This document shows positions 52,001 through 64,000 of a stretch of DNA of 64,000 nucleotides, piece by piece. The notes below the pieces were generated by a model. The model saw nothing but the letters and a program-made list of their open reading frames with translations. It searched no databases and was not told the DNA's origin. Origin of the DNA: Octopus sinensis (lineage: Eukaryota); the NCBI RefSeq assembly GCF_006345805.1, contig NC_042999.1, forward strand, positions 165,168,001-165,232,000, read 5' to 3'. The position numbers and the translations under genes were made by a program. Numbering within the stretch: position 1 is the first letter of the stretch; each line of letters begins with the position of its first letter.

Positions 52001-52203
52001 CACGTGAGCACACACACAACACATACACACACACACACACATACACACACACACATACACACACACACACACACTCTCTCTCTCTCTCTCTCCCCGTATG
52101 CTCCACACACGTATTTTCATTTGCTTTATTTTGTATCCCCTTTTGTGTTACACGTTTTGCGTTATGTACATTTATGTATGTGGGTCCATGTGATGTAATC
52201 AGT

Positions 52204-52243
<40 letters not shown>

Positions 52244-52685
52244 TGTTGTTGTTGTTGTTGTGGTGGTGGCGGTGGTGGTGGTTTCCTACTTGTTGAACAA
52301 GTAATTATTTGGAACATTTCGTTATTAAATTGAAACTCGATTGCTCAAAATCAGTTAATTAATTAATTAGTTAATTAAATATAAAATCATATTGACGAGA
52401 TTTCAGTATATCTAATGGGAATCCTTAATATTAAATTTATTTCGCCAGTTTCTTTGTTCAATGTAATTAATCCGTCTTTATCCGTGTGGAGTTTTAATGG
52501 AGGATCTCAGGACAGTTTCGGCGAGGAAGAGAGTGCTGGTGTGGTTGTGCGTTTCACAGGGGATGCCCACAAATGTGCCAGTTCGGAATCGATCCCACTG
52601 AGTGGCACTTTAGGCAAGTGGCTTTTAACATAGCCTCACACTCACCAACACTGAAACTGTCTATCATTTCTCGCTTTCTCTCATC

Positions 52686-52719
<34 letters not shown>

Positions 52720-52828
52720 CATACATGTGTACTTACATACGACGTGTGACACCGCTAATCCAGATGCATTTTTTGGGGGGGGGGTTCTCTTACCGCTTTT
52801 TTTCTTTCTCCGTTTTCTTTTCTCATTC

Positions 52829-52865
52829 TTTTCTGTTGAAGAGCGTGGGATCAAAACGTCATAAA
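52829..52865 (+). ncRNA. Decayed copy of the CUGUUGA hammerhead-like motif
   Basis: UUUU CUGUUGA A GAGC gugg GAUC AAAA CG UC AUAAA; surrounding ~150 bp similar to 62100-62260. Confidence 0.4.
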
Positions 52866-53054
52866 CTTTTCTTTTTTCCTGAGCGTCAAACTAATACACC
52901 GTGCTTGTTATTCCCTCACCAGTCTCTGTTTCTTTTTTGTTTTTTGCACATTTTAACCATATGTGTGTGTGTGCGCGCGCCTGTGCATGTGTGTGCGTGT
53001 GTGTGTAGATAGATAGACAGACAGACAGACAGACATACTGTATACATAAACTGG

Positions 53055-53373
53055 CACGCCGCCGGTTATGACGACGGGGATTCCATTAGATCGGATCAAC
53101 AGAACAGCTTGCTCGTGAAATTAACGTGCAAGTGGCCGAGAACTCCACAGAAACGCGTACCTGTAACGTAGTTCTCAGGGAGATTCAGCGTGACACGGAA
53201 TGGGACAAGACTGGCCCCTTTGAATTACATCTACAACTCATTTTTCTCAGCTGAGTGGATTGGATCAATGTGAAATGAAGTGTCTTGCTCAAGGACACAA
53301 TGCGTTGCCGGGAATTGAACTCACAACCTTACGATCGTAAGCCGACTACCCTAACCGCTAAGCTTCGCGCCTT
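53055..53373 (-). mobile_element. Chimeric SINE: family D head with family C tail
   Basis: 53225-53373 matches family D head/CORE; 53055-53225 matches 4152-4330. Confidence 0.7.
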
Positions 53374-54904
53374 CACACACACACACATATACATACATAC
53401 ATACATACTTACATACATACACACACATACATACATACACACACACACATACATACATACATACATACATACATACATACACACATACATACATACATAC
53501 ATACATACACACATACATACATACATACATACAGACATACATACATACAAACATACATACATACAAACATACATATATACATACAAACATACATACATAC
53601 ACACATACATACATACAAACATACATACATACATACATACAAACATACATACACACATACATACATACACACACACATACATACATACATACAAACATAC
53701 ATACATACATACACACATACATACATACAAACATACATACATACATACAAACATACATACATACAAACATACATACATACACACATACATACATACACAC
53801 ACATACATACACACATACATACATACACACACACATACATACACACACATACATAAATACATACATACATACATACATACATACATACATACATACATAC
53901 ATACATACATACACACACACATACATACACACATACATACATACATACACACACACATACATACAGACATACATACATACATAGATACATACATACACAC
54001 ACATACATACACACATACATACATACATACATACACACACACATACATACATACACACACACATACATACACACATACATACAGACATACATACATACAT
54101 ACATACATACATACATACATACAAAACATACATATATACAAACATACATACACACACACATACATACACACATACATACATACATACATACATACATACA
54201 TACATACATACACACATACATACATACATACATACAAACATACATATATACACACATACATACATACACACATACATACATACATACATACATACATACA
54301 CACACATACATACACACATACATGCATACACACATACATACATACATACACACACACATACATACATACATACATACATACATACATACATACATACATA
54401 CATACATACACACACCATACATACATACATACATACAAACATACATACATACATACAAACATACATACACACACATACATACACACATACATACATACAG
54501 ACATACATATATACATACATACATACACACACATACATACATACATACATACATACATACATACACACGCACATACATACACACACACATACATACATAC
54601 ATACATACATACATACATACATACATACACACACATACATACATACATACATACATACATACACACATACATACACACATACATACATGCATGCATACAT
54701 ACATACATACATACATACATACATACATACATACATTCACACACATACATACATACATACATACATACAAACATACATACATACATACATACATACAAAC
54801 ATACATACACACATACATACATACATACATACACACACATACATACACACATACATACATACATACATACATACAAACATACATACATACATACATACAT
54901 ACAT

Positions 54905-54967
<63 letters not shown>

Positions 54968-55062
54968 CATACATACATACATACACACACACACATACAT
55001 ATACATACATACATACATACATACATACATACATACATACATACATACATACATACATACAT
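53374..55062. repeat. ~1.7-kb (CATA)n microsatellite
   Basis: Direct reading; source of the spurious 460-600-aa ORFs. Confidence 0.97.
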
Positions 55063-55225
55063 TATTAGGTATGTATGTATATGGTTAAAAACATAGGGGA
55101 CTTAAATGTGGCTACTACAAGTTCTGACTGTACAATAGATACTCGAGCTTTTATGTGTGCCGCGTACTATCCTCTGGATGTATATATGTGTGTGTAAATA
55201 TATATACATGTATGTACGTATATAT

Positions 55226-55633
55226 ACTCTTTTACTCTTTTACTTGTTTCAGTCATTTGACTGCGGCCATGCTGGAGCACCGCCTTTAATCGAGCAACTC
55301 GACCCCGGGACTTATTCTTTCGTAAGCCTAGTACTTATTCTATCGGTCTCTTTTGCCGAACCGCTAAGTAACGGGGACATAAACACACCAACATCGGTTG
55401 TCAAGCAATGCTAGGGGGACAAACACCGACACACAAACACACACACGCATATATATATATACATATATACGACGGGCTTCTTTCAGTTTCAGTCTACCAA
55501 ATCTACTCACAAGGCTTTGGTTGGCCCGAGGCTATAGTAGAATACACTTGCTGAAGGTGCCACGCAGTGGGATTGAACCCGGAACCATGTGGTTGGTAAG
55601 CAAGCTACTTACCACACAGCCACTCCTGCGCCT
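55226..55633 (-). mobile_element. SINE family A, near full length
   Basis: Highly similar to 24610-25000. Confidence 0.88.
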
Positions 55634-55666
55634 ATATATATATATATATATTATATATATATATAT

Positions 55667-55731
<65 letters not shown>

Positions 55732-55983
55732 TAGATAGATAGATAGATAGACAGACAGATATGCGTTTATATGTGAGTGTGTACGTATATCTTGATATTT
55801 TGCGAATCTGTCTCTCAAAAGACGGAGAAAAAATTGGAAAACTTGGTTCTTTTCCTATTTTCTGCCCCAGTTGCAGACGCTCTTTTTTCACTCACGTGAT
55901 TGCCTTACAGCACTATTGTTCAACGACTACTATATAGAATATGTCAAAAGAGAGTATGTTAGGGTGTGTAGGCTAGTATACGT

Positions 55984-56029
<46 letters not shown>

Positions 56030-56675
56030 GTGTATGAGAGGCAGACAGACAAACAGACAAACAGACAGAGAGCGACAGAAAGAGAGAGTTAAGAAAAGAG
56101 CATAAGAAGCAGATAGAAGTAAGAGAAAAACAGTGTGTGAATGGCGGAGAGATAGATATTGTTTGAGTGTAAGAGAGAGAGATATGAGAGAGAGAGAGAG
56201 AGAGAGATGAGAGAGATATGAGAGAGAGTGAGTGAGAAACACCTACAGGAAGAGAGAGCAGGAGGTTTGGTAGCAGACTGGATGAGAGGGAATGATAGCA
56301 GAAATGATTTAAGTGAGCCATAGTTCTTCGTTTGCTAAAACAGAATTGCGAAAATCACGAAGGTAGGGTGGGCTTTGCTATGTGTGTTTTGGTCTCTTTC
56401 TCGCTAGACAATGGGTTGGTATTACTGAATTCCTTGGTTTCTCGGTTACCTGCCTCTTGATCGTCGGTTTTTTAGGACTGAAGATGAGGAGGATACCCCT
56501 GTAATAACGGGTGGTACACTAACAGCAGTAGTTTCCTGTACTTGCTGTTGCTATTATTATTGTTGGTGTTGTTAGTTTGGATGCTGTTTACCCACTCTCT
56601 CTCTCTCTCTTTTTCTCTCTCTCTTTCTTACTCTCTCTTTTTCTCTCTCTTTCACTCTCTCTTTCACTCTCTCTT

Positions 56676-56730
<55 letters not shown>

Positions 56731-57615
56731 GTGCCTTGAGAGAAATTTCCCCGAGAGGCGTTTTACTGCCGCAAGTGTCGCAGCCAGGCTATTGATGGTA
56801 CACAACTCTGAGATTTAAGAATAAGAACATGCAAACCCATGTTAACTCTATCCTGACTTCGCACTGTTCCTCGTCATTGCTGCATTTAGTAACTGCTCAT
56901 AATGCACCGAATATGAAGCAACGAAACAGAAGTCAACATAGCTACCAGTGCCCCTCGCTGTCACCATTATGTTGCGCTGTGCCATCTACTGCCTATAATC
57001 GAGTATGTATCTCACTATCTCTATTTATGGTTTTGTTTCGGCTTCTGGCTCTAAAAGGAAGATATTAATGTATGTCCTACTACGATTAATGAACAAGATA
57101 CTGTCCAAAATGATAAACAGTGACTCCTTTAAATCGTTTTTAGGGGCATATGGAAAACTCTACTGTTTTTATAAAGCAGAGGTGTATCAATTTTCTCTTC
57201 TCCCACTCCTGAATAAATTCTTTGGGCCAGGACAAAATTCTTCGCAAAACACCCTTACCAAGGACGTTTTTGTAGCCGATCTTCAGTTGTGTCTACAGTA
57301 TATTCCATGTGATATTTGAAAAGTAGTGTCTGTAAGCTGTGCGTTGTGTAGTTGTTATTGTTGTGTGAGATCTTAAACTGCTCTCATTTTTTTTCCTTTG
57401 GTTACGATTCCTGCGAAAAATCATGGATTTTCTACATCGGAGATAATAATAACTAAAGAAATTGTTTTTGTTCCGAGTGTACAAGGATAGACTCAATCCT
57501 TTATTGTCGTATCTAGTTGTTATTAGTTCAAATTAAACTACGAAGGCCAAGGAAAGATGCTTGTCAATGACCAAGATTCGATGAAAGTGGCGTCAGTAAT
57601 ATACTGAGGTTCAGA

Positions 57616-57820
57616 AGAGGCGAGCTGGCAGAAACGTTAGCACGCCGGGCGAAATGCTTAGCGGCATTTCGTCTGTCACTACGTTCCGAGTTCAAATTCC
57701 GACAAGGTTGACTTTGCCTTTTATCTTTTCGGGGTTGATGAATTATGTACCAATTACATACTAGGGCAATTTAATAGACTGGCTCCCTCCCAAAAACTTT
57801 CGGGCCTAGAGTAGAAAAAA
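57616..57820 (+). mobile_element. SINE family B
   Basis: GCGAGCTGGCAGAAACGTTAGCACGCCGGGCG head, GAGTTCAAATTCC. Confidence 0.8.
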
Positions 57821-58788
57821 ATATATTGAGGTTCGAATGATTGATTATGCCACTAGTGCTTGCCGAGATCTTGCGTCTAAACAAAAATATTATTATGTAG
57901 TTATAGTTGGCTTAAACAATATTTAAAGTTTGTTCCAAATTTCTTCGCAATTTTTAATCGATCTAAGTAAATATTGACGGTCTTTATGTTTGCTGATTTA
58001 CAGTTTTATATGCAACATTTCACTGAAGAAGAATTTTAAGATTACACGCTATAGAATATCAATCAGTTGTTCATCTCGAAACAATAGCTCAGCAATAAGT
58101 CACTGGCAAACATAGAATATTAATTACATAATATGCTCATTTGATCGCTTTAATCTTTAATCCAGTGTTTGTCAAAATCACTGAATACCATCCACTTTAT
58201 AAACAACAGCAACTCTATAGCAGCCGTGACATTTTCTAAACAAGGAAGATTTCACAATTCATGCCTATTTGGTTGTCTTCTGCGAAGATATTGAAAAGTG
58301 CAATATCGATTAAGAAACAACCAGCTATCAGCTTCTGGATTAATCTCTGTTTAACAGCAAACATTCATCTACGGAAACAGTTCAAAATGCTTGTTAAGTA
58401 TTCTTGCATTGTTTAAGGGAGAAAAATAAAATACTAAGATTTTTTTAAAGCTGTTTAAGGTTTGTTTATTGAAGTTTTGGGGTTCTAAATTTTGTTGTAT
58501 TCTAAGAAATTAATCTTGTGCTCAGAAACATTGCAAGATAAACAACAGTTATAATAATATTTAGAATTATTACTAGAAGAATTTTTAAAGGAACTATAAC
58601 TAAAAATATCAGATTTTTGGCAGGAGACAAATGAATCGTATTCCATCACTGCTAACAGATTATACCTTGATCAAAGCGCTAATCTCTGTTCAACCTACTT
58701 TGTAGCGAATTAGTCAATACAACCGAGAGCTAGAAACTCCCATGTGTGTGTGTGTAAGATATATATTTATGTATATATATATATATAG

Positions 58789-58830
<42 letters not shown>

Positions 58831-59117
58831 ATATAACAGTATATAAGTATTCGTAACGTCTACAATAAAATTGATTCATTTAGATATTCTTATTATCAAT
58901 GATCGGTTTGTAATAACTTTTGTATATAATTTATACTTTATTAATACACACAATTTCATTTAATTATTAATTCATTTTTACAACGGATAACAATCAAATT
59001 AACAAAATTCGAACGAAAAAAGCAGGACCACATGAGCTTCATAAGTGAACAGTAAGGGGTACGTGAAACAGTAGAAGAAAGGAAGGAAGGAAGGAAGGAA
59101 GAAAGAAAGAGAAAGGG

Positions 59118-59148
<31 letters not shown>

Positions 59149-59299
59149 GAAACAGAAACAGAGAGAGAGAGGAGACAGAGCACAGTGCATGCATATATAT
59201 GTAAGCATGTAAGAGTGTAAGTACTCTTCATGTTTCTGCATGTATGTATATGCCATGTGTGTACGTGATTGCGTGTATATTCTAATTTGAAGAAATTTA

Positions 59300-61500
59300 T
59301 ATCGTAAATCTTTGGAAGCTTTACAAATCTTCACTGTACCAGTAATTGAATGAATTTAGCAAATGTGTGTCAGTCTGCTGTGTTCTTTTCGGTAAATCTA
59401 ATGTAACATAGCCCAGTGCACCCACGATAATAGTTCCAAATAATCCATTGCCTAAACACAAGAGCAGTAAGTACCGCCCTATTTCATCCTAAACGTACCC
59501 TTTTCCCATAATTTCAAACGAAGCATTCGCATCCACTGAGCAGTTGACCGCTACAATAGAGGGCAACTTATGTTCCTTATCCCACAAAGCAGTACCCAGT
59601 AGGCTATTTGCACGCGTTTGCAGTTTTTATTAAAATGTTCCACCAGTATTCATTAAAATTAAAAGTGCAGATACATCCTGGTTCTGGTGTGGTTTTGTGC
59701 TAACGACTGGACAATCCTTTTTGCCGGCAACCAAGTTTTCGTTACAGTATCATGGCTTTTGGTTTAATGGTTCCTTTTGGACTTTTCTGAACAGTTATCT
59801 ATGATGTGGGTGATATTTCCTATACTAGAATAGCTCCAACTAACATTTTCTATCGCATTCTTTCTCTTATATTCATCAGACATCTGACTGCTATTTCCTA
59901 TCCCGACGTATCCTCACTAGAATGTGAAATATTTATTACAAACCAAGATAAAATAATTGGTTTCCAATTAATGCTATTGGGGTCCTCTAAGTTGTGTAAT
60001 AAGCGCCCAAGTATATCTTTCTGCTGATATGATGACTGCCTCACCCCAGGTTTTTGCTTACGTAGGTTAGTCCAGCTATCCTGAGACAGCATGGAGCAGT
60101 TGTACACTGAGAATACCAGTTCAGTTCTTCGCCAGCGTTCAAAATACCATTTTCAGCTGAGTTCCCAAATGATGTATTCATTTCTCCTTTTGCTGAGCAG
60201 CAAGCGCTGTCTCTGTGATGCACCGAAGCACTCAAAGACTAGTTGCACTCATCTTGTGCCTCTGCCTCTATCCTTCTCTCTGACATAGACCTTGTCTATC
60301 ACCATTGATATGGAAACTACAAATACTGTTTAATATCTTCCTGGTATTGATGTCCAAATACTGTTGATATTTCTCTAGTCTGGTCTTCCATTAATTACCA
60401 GATATAAACATTTATCATCGCCAAACTACTTTCCTATTTCCTGTGAAAGTGTTGTCACCAGCTCTAACTTCGTTTTGTGAACAGCATCTGAAAAATGGAT
60501 GTCAAAAGTATAAGTGACATGAACTTTTTCCTCATCTATATATTCTAGCATGTAACTTTGGTATTCTTCCAACAGGGCTGACAAGAGATTCATTGCCAAT
60601 GTGAACATTACAAACTATCATTCCGAAATATTCCCACCAATAACCTAGTTCTGTTTAATTATATTACTTCAGTCCTTAGTATATTTGTGAACCATATTCT
60701 GGTTAATCTTTTACTGATATTTACTGTTGCAGATGGAAGCGTGGTAAGGTGTAGTGATTCCAGTATTGTAAGGGACAGAATCAAACGCCTTCTTTATAAT
60801 CTTACTTTCAGAGAGTCCATCTTACTTCCTCATGAATAGCCCTGTTGATGAGGAGCTGTTCATGGCCCCCAAGCTTTTCTGCTTCTCAGAAACAGATATC
60901 GTTACTGCAACTGTTATCCGGCAGTTGTGCGACAACTCCCAGTTTTGCTTATGGCTTTTTCTGAATCTGTGGAGTTTTTTTGTTTTTTTTTCTTGGAGAA
61001 AGTTAATCCACTTTGGTTATCCGTTATCGTTTTGATTGATCTTTTTACTCTGATCTATCGACCAATGATATTTTCAATACAATGGCATAATACAGAAGGA
61101 CATTCACTGTCTAAAAGTTGAAAGCTTCAATTTGTGCTAGGGGTTCTTTGGTAGCTTTATCGATAACGAATAACATCAAGTCAGTATGTTGTCTTCCGAC
61201 AAATATCATAGTCGTTCTTTCAATCAGTTGATGTAAATAGTAAAAGTGTTCCTCAAATCATGCTGCGCGCTGTTTTATCTGTCAATCATTTTTATCTGTT
61301 TGTAGCCGTCACCGGTTAATGGCGTCAATCCCATATTTGTGTTACTGTTATCGATTTTATTTTGGTCGCAGGTCATTTTTTAGACATTTTCTTCTAAGCA
61401 GAATTTATTGAGCTGTTAACACCATTATTTGCTATGCAGGTTTAAAGGATGATTTTGCCAGGTAATGTATTCGGAAGTAGTCTTCTGATATATTTGCTTC
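59300..61500 (-). mobile_element. Decayed R4-type non-LTR retrotransposon (fourth family, same as 7640-7850)
   Basis: EQLLINRAIHEEV, DYKKAFDSVP, FTLAMNLLS, FGDD, LWDKEHKL, IIVGALGYVT and ITGTVKICK in the expected order; many stops. Confidence 0.8.
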
Positions 61501-62133
61501 GTACTCAGTTTTGAGTGTTTGGAATATGTTGCATTCCAATATCTTTTCATCTTCATGTAACTGATCAAGGGATGTGCCCAAACATTTTTTGTAGATTTTG
61601 TACAGGTTTTGATTCAGTTCAAAAGTTAAATGAAATTCCTCTTTGTAGTTCCGCGACCTATGATACCTGCCACAGATTTCTTTCTCATTTTTGGCACGTG
61701 TTGTAATTTACATCTTATATACCACATTAATTACTTCACTACTGTTGTAATCATCTCCCACATAGCGATTCTTTGCATTTTCCATAGATAACCAATTTTA
61801 TTTGGTTTCTGTTAATGGCAAACGATTTAGCGTCTAGTGTTCATTACACGAGGGAATAAAGTTTTCCTTTAGAAGTGTTGGTGGGAATAACACCCGCACC
61901 ATCATACACCCGCCAACACATTACAGACGCACACACACATATCCACACGTCAAAGACACCAGCCCCTCTCACATACACACACGCGAGCACGTTCGTTTTG
62001 GGATCACCAATACTTTATTATCTCCCCTTCCTCCCAGCTCTCCTGTCAAACTACCTTTGTCCAGCCAGCCACCATGATTGACCGCTGTCTCCAACAGATT
62101 TTTTATTCTCTCTGTGTTTATTTCCTCATGCTA

Positions 62134-62169
62134 CTTTCTGTTGAAGAGCGTAGGCTCGAAACGTAAAAG
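62134..62169 (+). ncRNA. Minimal hammerhead-like motif with non-canonical core CUGUUGA
   Basis: CUUU CUGUUGA A GAGC guag GCUC GAAA CG UA AAAG. Confidence 0.55.
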
Positions 62170-62332
62170 ATTTTCTAACCTTCCCGAGCGTTAAAATAAT
62201 ACACCTGTTTGTTGTTTATACACCTGTCTTCGTCTTTTGTTTCTATAAATTTCAACTATATATATGTATATATATATGCATATATATGTATATATATGTA
62301 TATGCATATATTTATATATATATGTATGTATG

Positions 62333-62406
<74 letters not shown>

Positions 62407-62477
62407 ATATATGTATAGTTCAGATTTATAAAGAAACAAAAACGAAGACAGGTAACAAGTAAGAAAAACGGAAAAGT

Positions 62478-62512
62478 CTTTTACATTTCGGGCCTACGCT
62501 CTTCGAGAGAAG
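62478..62512 (-). ncRNA. Inverted, more decayed copy of the same hammerhead-like motif
   Basis: CCUU CUCUCGA A GAGC guag GCCC GAAA UG UA AAAG. Confidence 0.4.
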
Positions 62513-62598
62513 GAATCTTAGGAAATAGAGGGAGAATGGAAGAAATATATTATATATATATATATATATTATATATGTATATATATATATATATATAT

Positions 62599-62697
<99 letters not shown>

Positions 62698-62712
62698 TAT
62701 ATATACATATAC

Positions 62713-62743
<31 letters not shown>

Positions 62744-62793
62744 TCTCTCTCTCTCTCTCTTTTTATGTTCTATCTGTTTATTTCATCGTGTTC

Positions 62794-62829
62794 CTTTCTG
62801 TTGAAGAGTGTAGGCTCGAAACGTAAAAG
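62794..62829 (+). ncRNA. Third local copy of the CUGUUGA hammerhead-like motif
   Basis: CUUU CUGUUGA A GAGU guag GCUC GAAA CG UA AAAG. Confidence 0.55.
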
Positions 62830-63442
62830 ACTTTCTCACTTCCCTCTTCATCAGACTACCCTCCTCTCCTCTCTTCATCTCACACCTACTTCCTCTCTTC
62901 ACTCCTACCCACCTTCTCCCTTCATCGTTACCCCCTCCAGTCATTATATTATAATATTATCGAAATTAATAATTTAGTGTAAAATATACCCCTGTCAATA
63001 CTAGTGTAATAAAACATATTTTATGTTAAATGTGAGTTAATAGTCTAGAATAAAGATTAGATAGTAAATGCAACTACTTACGTTAGAAACTTAGTAAATA
63101 AAAGAAACAATGAAGGTAGATTACTTTACGACATGATGTTCCAGACCAAATGGCCGCTCCCACTGTCAGACGCTAAGTATTATGGGAATTGGGTATAATA
63201 TAAAAGAATAAAATAAAATACTCTGAAAAATACTCTAAAAATAATAATATTATAAGAGAGGTAGAAGTGAAGGGAGATAATAGCTAGAACTGGGTCTATA
63301 ATCGTAAAGCTAGCTATAAATGGAGTTTTAAATTGTCGTAGATTTTGAGATTTATGTTACATAAATTGTTACATATTGTTTAATAAATTCTTAGTTCTTA
63401 GTATATACGTATACAATACTACTATAAATACTATTAAATCTT

Positions 63443-64000
63443 CTAGTAACTGTATTCATCATAAGTGTGTGGAGATGATATACTCGGGTTTTTTTATTTG
63501 ATATATTTTTCATTTTATTATACGTAAAGCTATTCATATGTCAGCATTTTATTCCTCTCTCTTCATTACTGTTTAATAATGACTTTCTCGACTGGAGTAT
63601 TTTCGTAAACTCTTTTAAATGAGTTCGCTCTACAAATAATATACCAATTAAAGTGCATTCTGTTTTATTAGATTTTAATTCCCATGTGTATTTACTTAGA
63701 CCTGTAAATACATAAGTAAATATATATTGGAGTTAAAATCTAATAAAATAGAATACACCCTTAATTGGTACATTATTTGTAGAGCGAACTCATATAAAAT
63801 AGGTAAAAAAACATTCTTATTTTGTACAACAGAAAATTTATAAAAATATTGCAGTCGAGAGAGTTATTATTAAACAGTAATGAAGAGAGAGGAATAAAAT
63901 GCGAACATAGGAACAGCTTTAAGTATAATAAAATGAAAACTATATAAAATAAAAATACAGCATATCATCTCCACACATTTATGGAGAATATAGTTACTAG
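63443..64000. repeat. Long imperfect palindrome (foldback) running to the window edge
   Basis: 63443-63698 matches the reverse complement of 63713-64000; 14-nt loop 63699-63712; right arm carries a ~35-bp insertion. Confidence 0.9.

Noticed and set aside
53285-55096. 460-600-aa HTYI/MYVC ORFs
   Set aside because: Translations of (CATA)n.
57255-57295. Minus-strand CUGAAGA...AAAACGUC
   Set aside because: No GAAA and stems do not pair.
57900-58720. Possible hAT remnant (KALISVQPT)
   Set aside because: One short motif only; too weak to list as a feature.
62825-62860. Minus-strand CUGAUGA...GAAA GUC
   Set aside because: No stem I or stem II pairing.

Overview
Repeat-dominated, AT-rich animal DNA with no host protein-coding exon that I can support, so probably intergenic or intronic. 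The SINE families, very long microsatellites and R4/Dong, RTE and Penelope content resemble an octopus (cephalopod) genome; this is inference from pattern recognition. Coding remnants are all transposon-derived: the 3' end of a Tx1/L1-type LINE (1-1298), a decayed Penelope RT/GIY-YIG element (17.3-19.5 kb), a tandem pile of R4/Dong-clade LINEs in (TAA)n tracts (25.2-30.2 kb), further R4-type remnants (7.7, 46.8 and 59.3-61.5 kb), RTE fragments, and mariner and hAT remnants. There is also a Helitron-like non-autonomous element, several MITE/foldback elements and many tRNA-derived SINEs. The least expected signal is a set of type-I hammerhead ribozyme (HHR) motifs found by hand. One has a fully canonical core inside a 745-bp non-coding, terminally redundant element (42501-43245), resembling a retrozyme or non-autonomous Penelope-like element. 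One is near-canonical (10069-10114), two are decayed (17355, 41413), and a recurring family has a non-canonical CUGUUGA core (52.8 and 62.1-62.8 kb). Most long ORFs in the supplied track are microsatellite artefacts. All identities and folds were judged by eye; no searches were run.
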